A stretch of DNA of 64,000 bases, taken from Bacteroidales bacterium (GTDB lineage: Bacteria > Bacteroidota > Bacteroidia > Bacteroidales > CAIWKO01). A program made the position numbers and the translations under genes. Shown piece by piece: positions 62,566 through 64,000 of this stretch. Positions within the stretch are counted from its first letter, which is position 1. Each line of letters opens with the position of its first letter. Under the pieces are notes generated by a model. That model worked only from the letters and a program-made list of their open reading frames with translations, ran no database searches and was not told the origin of the DNA. The stretch lies in the NCBI GenBank assembly GCA_023228145.1, contig JALOBU010000002.1, positions 19,218-83,217 on the forward strand. The letters run 5' to 3'.

Positions 62566-63612
62566 ATGAAAAAAATATTTCTAATTGCTGCTATGTCAAT
62601 CTGCACATATTATGTTTTTGGACAGGACATACATTTTTCGCAATTCAACTATGCCCCTCTGTCTTTAAACCCTGCCATGGCAGGCGCTTTCAATGCCGAC
62701 CACAGAATCATTGCAAATTACAAAAGCCAGTGGCGAAGCATTTCAAAATCGTATATGACCTACGGAATATCTTATGACTGCGGAATATTAAAAGGAAAGC
62801 TGAACGGAGGCATTCTTGGACTTGGATTTCAGCTTTTTAATGACCAGGCAGGCATTAATAAATTGAGCCAAACTCTGGTGAATATTTCCGCTTCCTATCA
62901 TTTACCCATCAACAGGCAACACACACTAACTGCAGGTATTCAGGGAGGCCTCGGCCAAAAGAGAATTAAAACCGATAATATGCAATGGGATAGCCAATAC
63001 GACAATACTTATCCGGATGGGTACAATCCTTCAGGCACTACCGACCCCATTATAAGCGATATGTCAAAAGGTTTTGTTTACGGAGATATTGGTGCAGGGC
63101 TGTTATGGTCATATAGTTCGGGTTCTGCCACATTATCATCTAACAACTCAAAAAAAGTAAGCGCTGGAATTTCACTTCTTCACATAAACAAACCCAAACA
63201 AACTTTTTCGGAAAATACAGCAAAACGCATGTATATGAAAATGACCGTTCATGCCAATGCATTTATTGGATTTACAAACACAAACTTTTCAATGCTACCC
63301 ACTCTTGCCTGGTTTATGCAGGGGCCTTCCAATGAGTTTATTCTGGGCTCTTTGTTTCGTTACCGTTTGAATGACGCATCAAAATATACAAATTTTGTTT
63401 CAGAAACTGCTGTAGGACTTGGATTATATTACCGTTTGAAAGATGCTTTTATCATTATGGCACAGGCGGAGTGGCGTAACTTTCAGCTCGCTATAAGTTA
63501 CGACATCAATACATCAAAACTTGCAGCCGCCAGCAAGAGTGCCGGAGGCATGGAAATCTCCCTGAAATATATTACTCCGCTTTTCACAAAAACAAATAAA
63601 AGCTTGTATTAA
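62566..63612 (+). CDS. PorP/SprF family T9SS membrane protein (second paralogue)
   Basis: QDIHFSQ, NPAMAG, NYKSQW, HINKP, SYDIN, GGMEIS. Confidence 0.93.
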   Translation: MKKIFLIAAMSICTYYVFGQDIHFSQFNYAPLSLNPAMAGAFNADHRIIANYKSQWRSISKSYMTYGISYDCGILKGKLNGGILGLGFQLFNDQAGINKLSQTLVNISASYHLPINRQHTLTAGIQGGLGQKRIKTDNMQWDSQYDNTYPDGYNPSGTTDPIISDMSKGFVYGDIGAGLLWSYSSGSATLSSNNSKKVSAGISLLHINKPKQTFSENTAKRMYMKMTVHANAFIGFTNTNFSMLPTLAWFMQGPSNEFILGSLFRYRLNDASKYTNFVSETAVGLGLYYRLKDAFIIMAQAEWRNFQLAISYDINTSKLAAASKSAGGMEISLKYITPLFTKTNKSLY

Positions 63613-63643
63613 TACTGCCTGTTTGTGATAATGAGTTTTACTG

Positions 63644-63797
63644 TTAATGCTCAATGCACAATATTCAATTTTCAATGTTCAATGTTCAAGTAAAGATGGC
63701 GACTGGCCAAAAGCCAATAGCCACTATTAGCACCTTATGACGACTGCTCACTGTTCACTGCTCACTGTTCACTGCTCACTGCACACTGCACACTGTC
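63644..63797. repeat. Three stacked heptamer arrays (TCAATGT x7, AGCCAAT x4, CACTGYT x8; degenerate)
   Basis: Read directly at 63644-63692, 63698-63725 and 63742-63797. Confidence 0.85.
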
Positions 63798-63798
63798 C

Positions 63799-64000
63799 TC
63801 ACGTATTCATTCCGCCACAAACATTGATCACCTGAGCGCTGACATAAGATGAAAGGTCGGAGGCTAAATATAATGCTGTATTTGCAACATCCTCGGGAGT
63901 GCCCGGACGGTTTAAGGGAATACTTTTTAACCAATACTGTCTCGCTTCTTCAGGTAATTTTTGGGTCATTTCGGTTTCAATGAATCCCGGCGCTATGGCA
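63799..64000 (-). CDS. fabG: 3-oxoacyl-ACP reductase, C-terminal part (gene starts beyond the window)
   Basis: Manual translation AIAPGFIETEMT..IPLNRPGTPEDVAN..LASDLSSYVSAQVINVCGGMNT*. Confidence 0.9.
   Translation of the reverse strand, partial: AIAPGFIETEMTQKLPEEARQYWLKSIPLNRPGTPEDVANTALYLASDLSSYVSAQVINVCGGMNT

Noticed and set aside
63644-63797. CRISPR array
   Set aside because: The units are 7-nt tandem repeats without unique spacers, and no cas genes are present.

Overview
AT-rich chromosomal window from a Bacteroidota (probably Bacteroidales-like) bacterium. Supporting signs are TAnnTTTG -7 promoters, type IX secretion (T9SS) cargo and PorP/SprF genes, gldB, and many lipoproteins. Most genes are housekeeping or envelope genes: nadE, purB, yihA, ligA, gmhA/B, mnmA, yggS, dapD, ruvX, def, dacA, a partial fabG, glycosyltransferases and asnB. 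I saw no CRISPR array, rRNA, tRNA, transposase or prophage. The most notable items are: (1) a cobalamin-riboswitch operon whose putative B12-binding proteins carry T9SS sorting signals instead of lipid anchors; (2) a lipoprotein peptide deformylase in addition to the housekeeping def; (3) a citrate-lyase-like locus with a CitD(ACP)-CitE fusion and two divergent tandem CitF paralogues, lacking citC/G/X; (4) two tandem mini-lipoproteins made of O-glycosylation sequons; (5) a signal-peptide/MORN/LytTR fusion; (6) heptamer and nonamer repeat arrays, one flanking a four-helix-bundle gene and two at empty sites. All family assignments come from motif recognition by eye, not from database searches.
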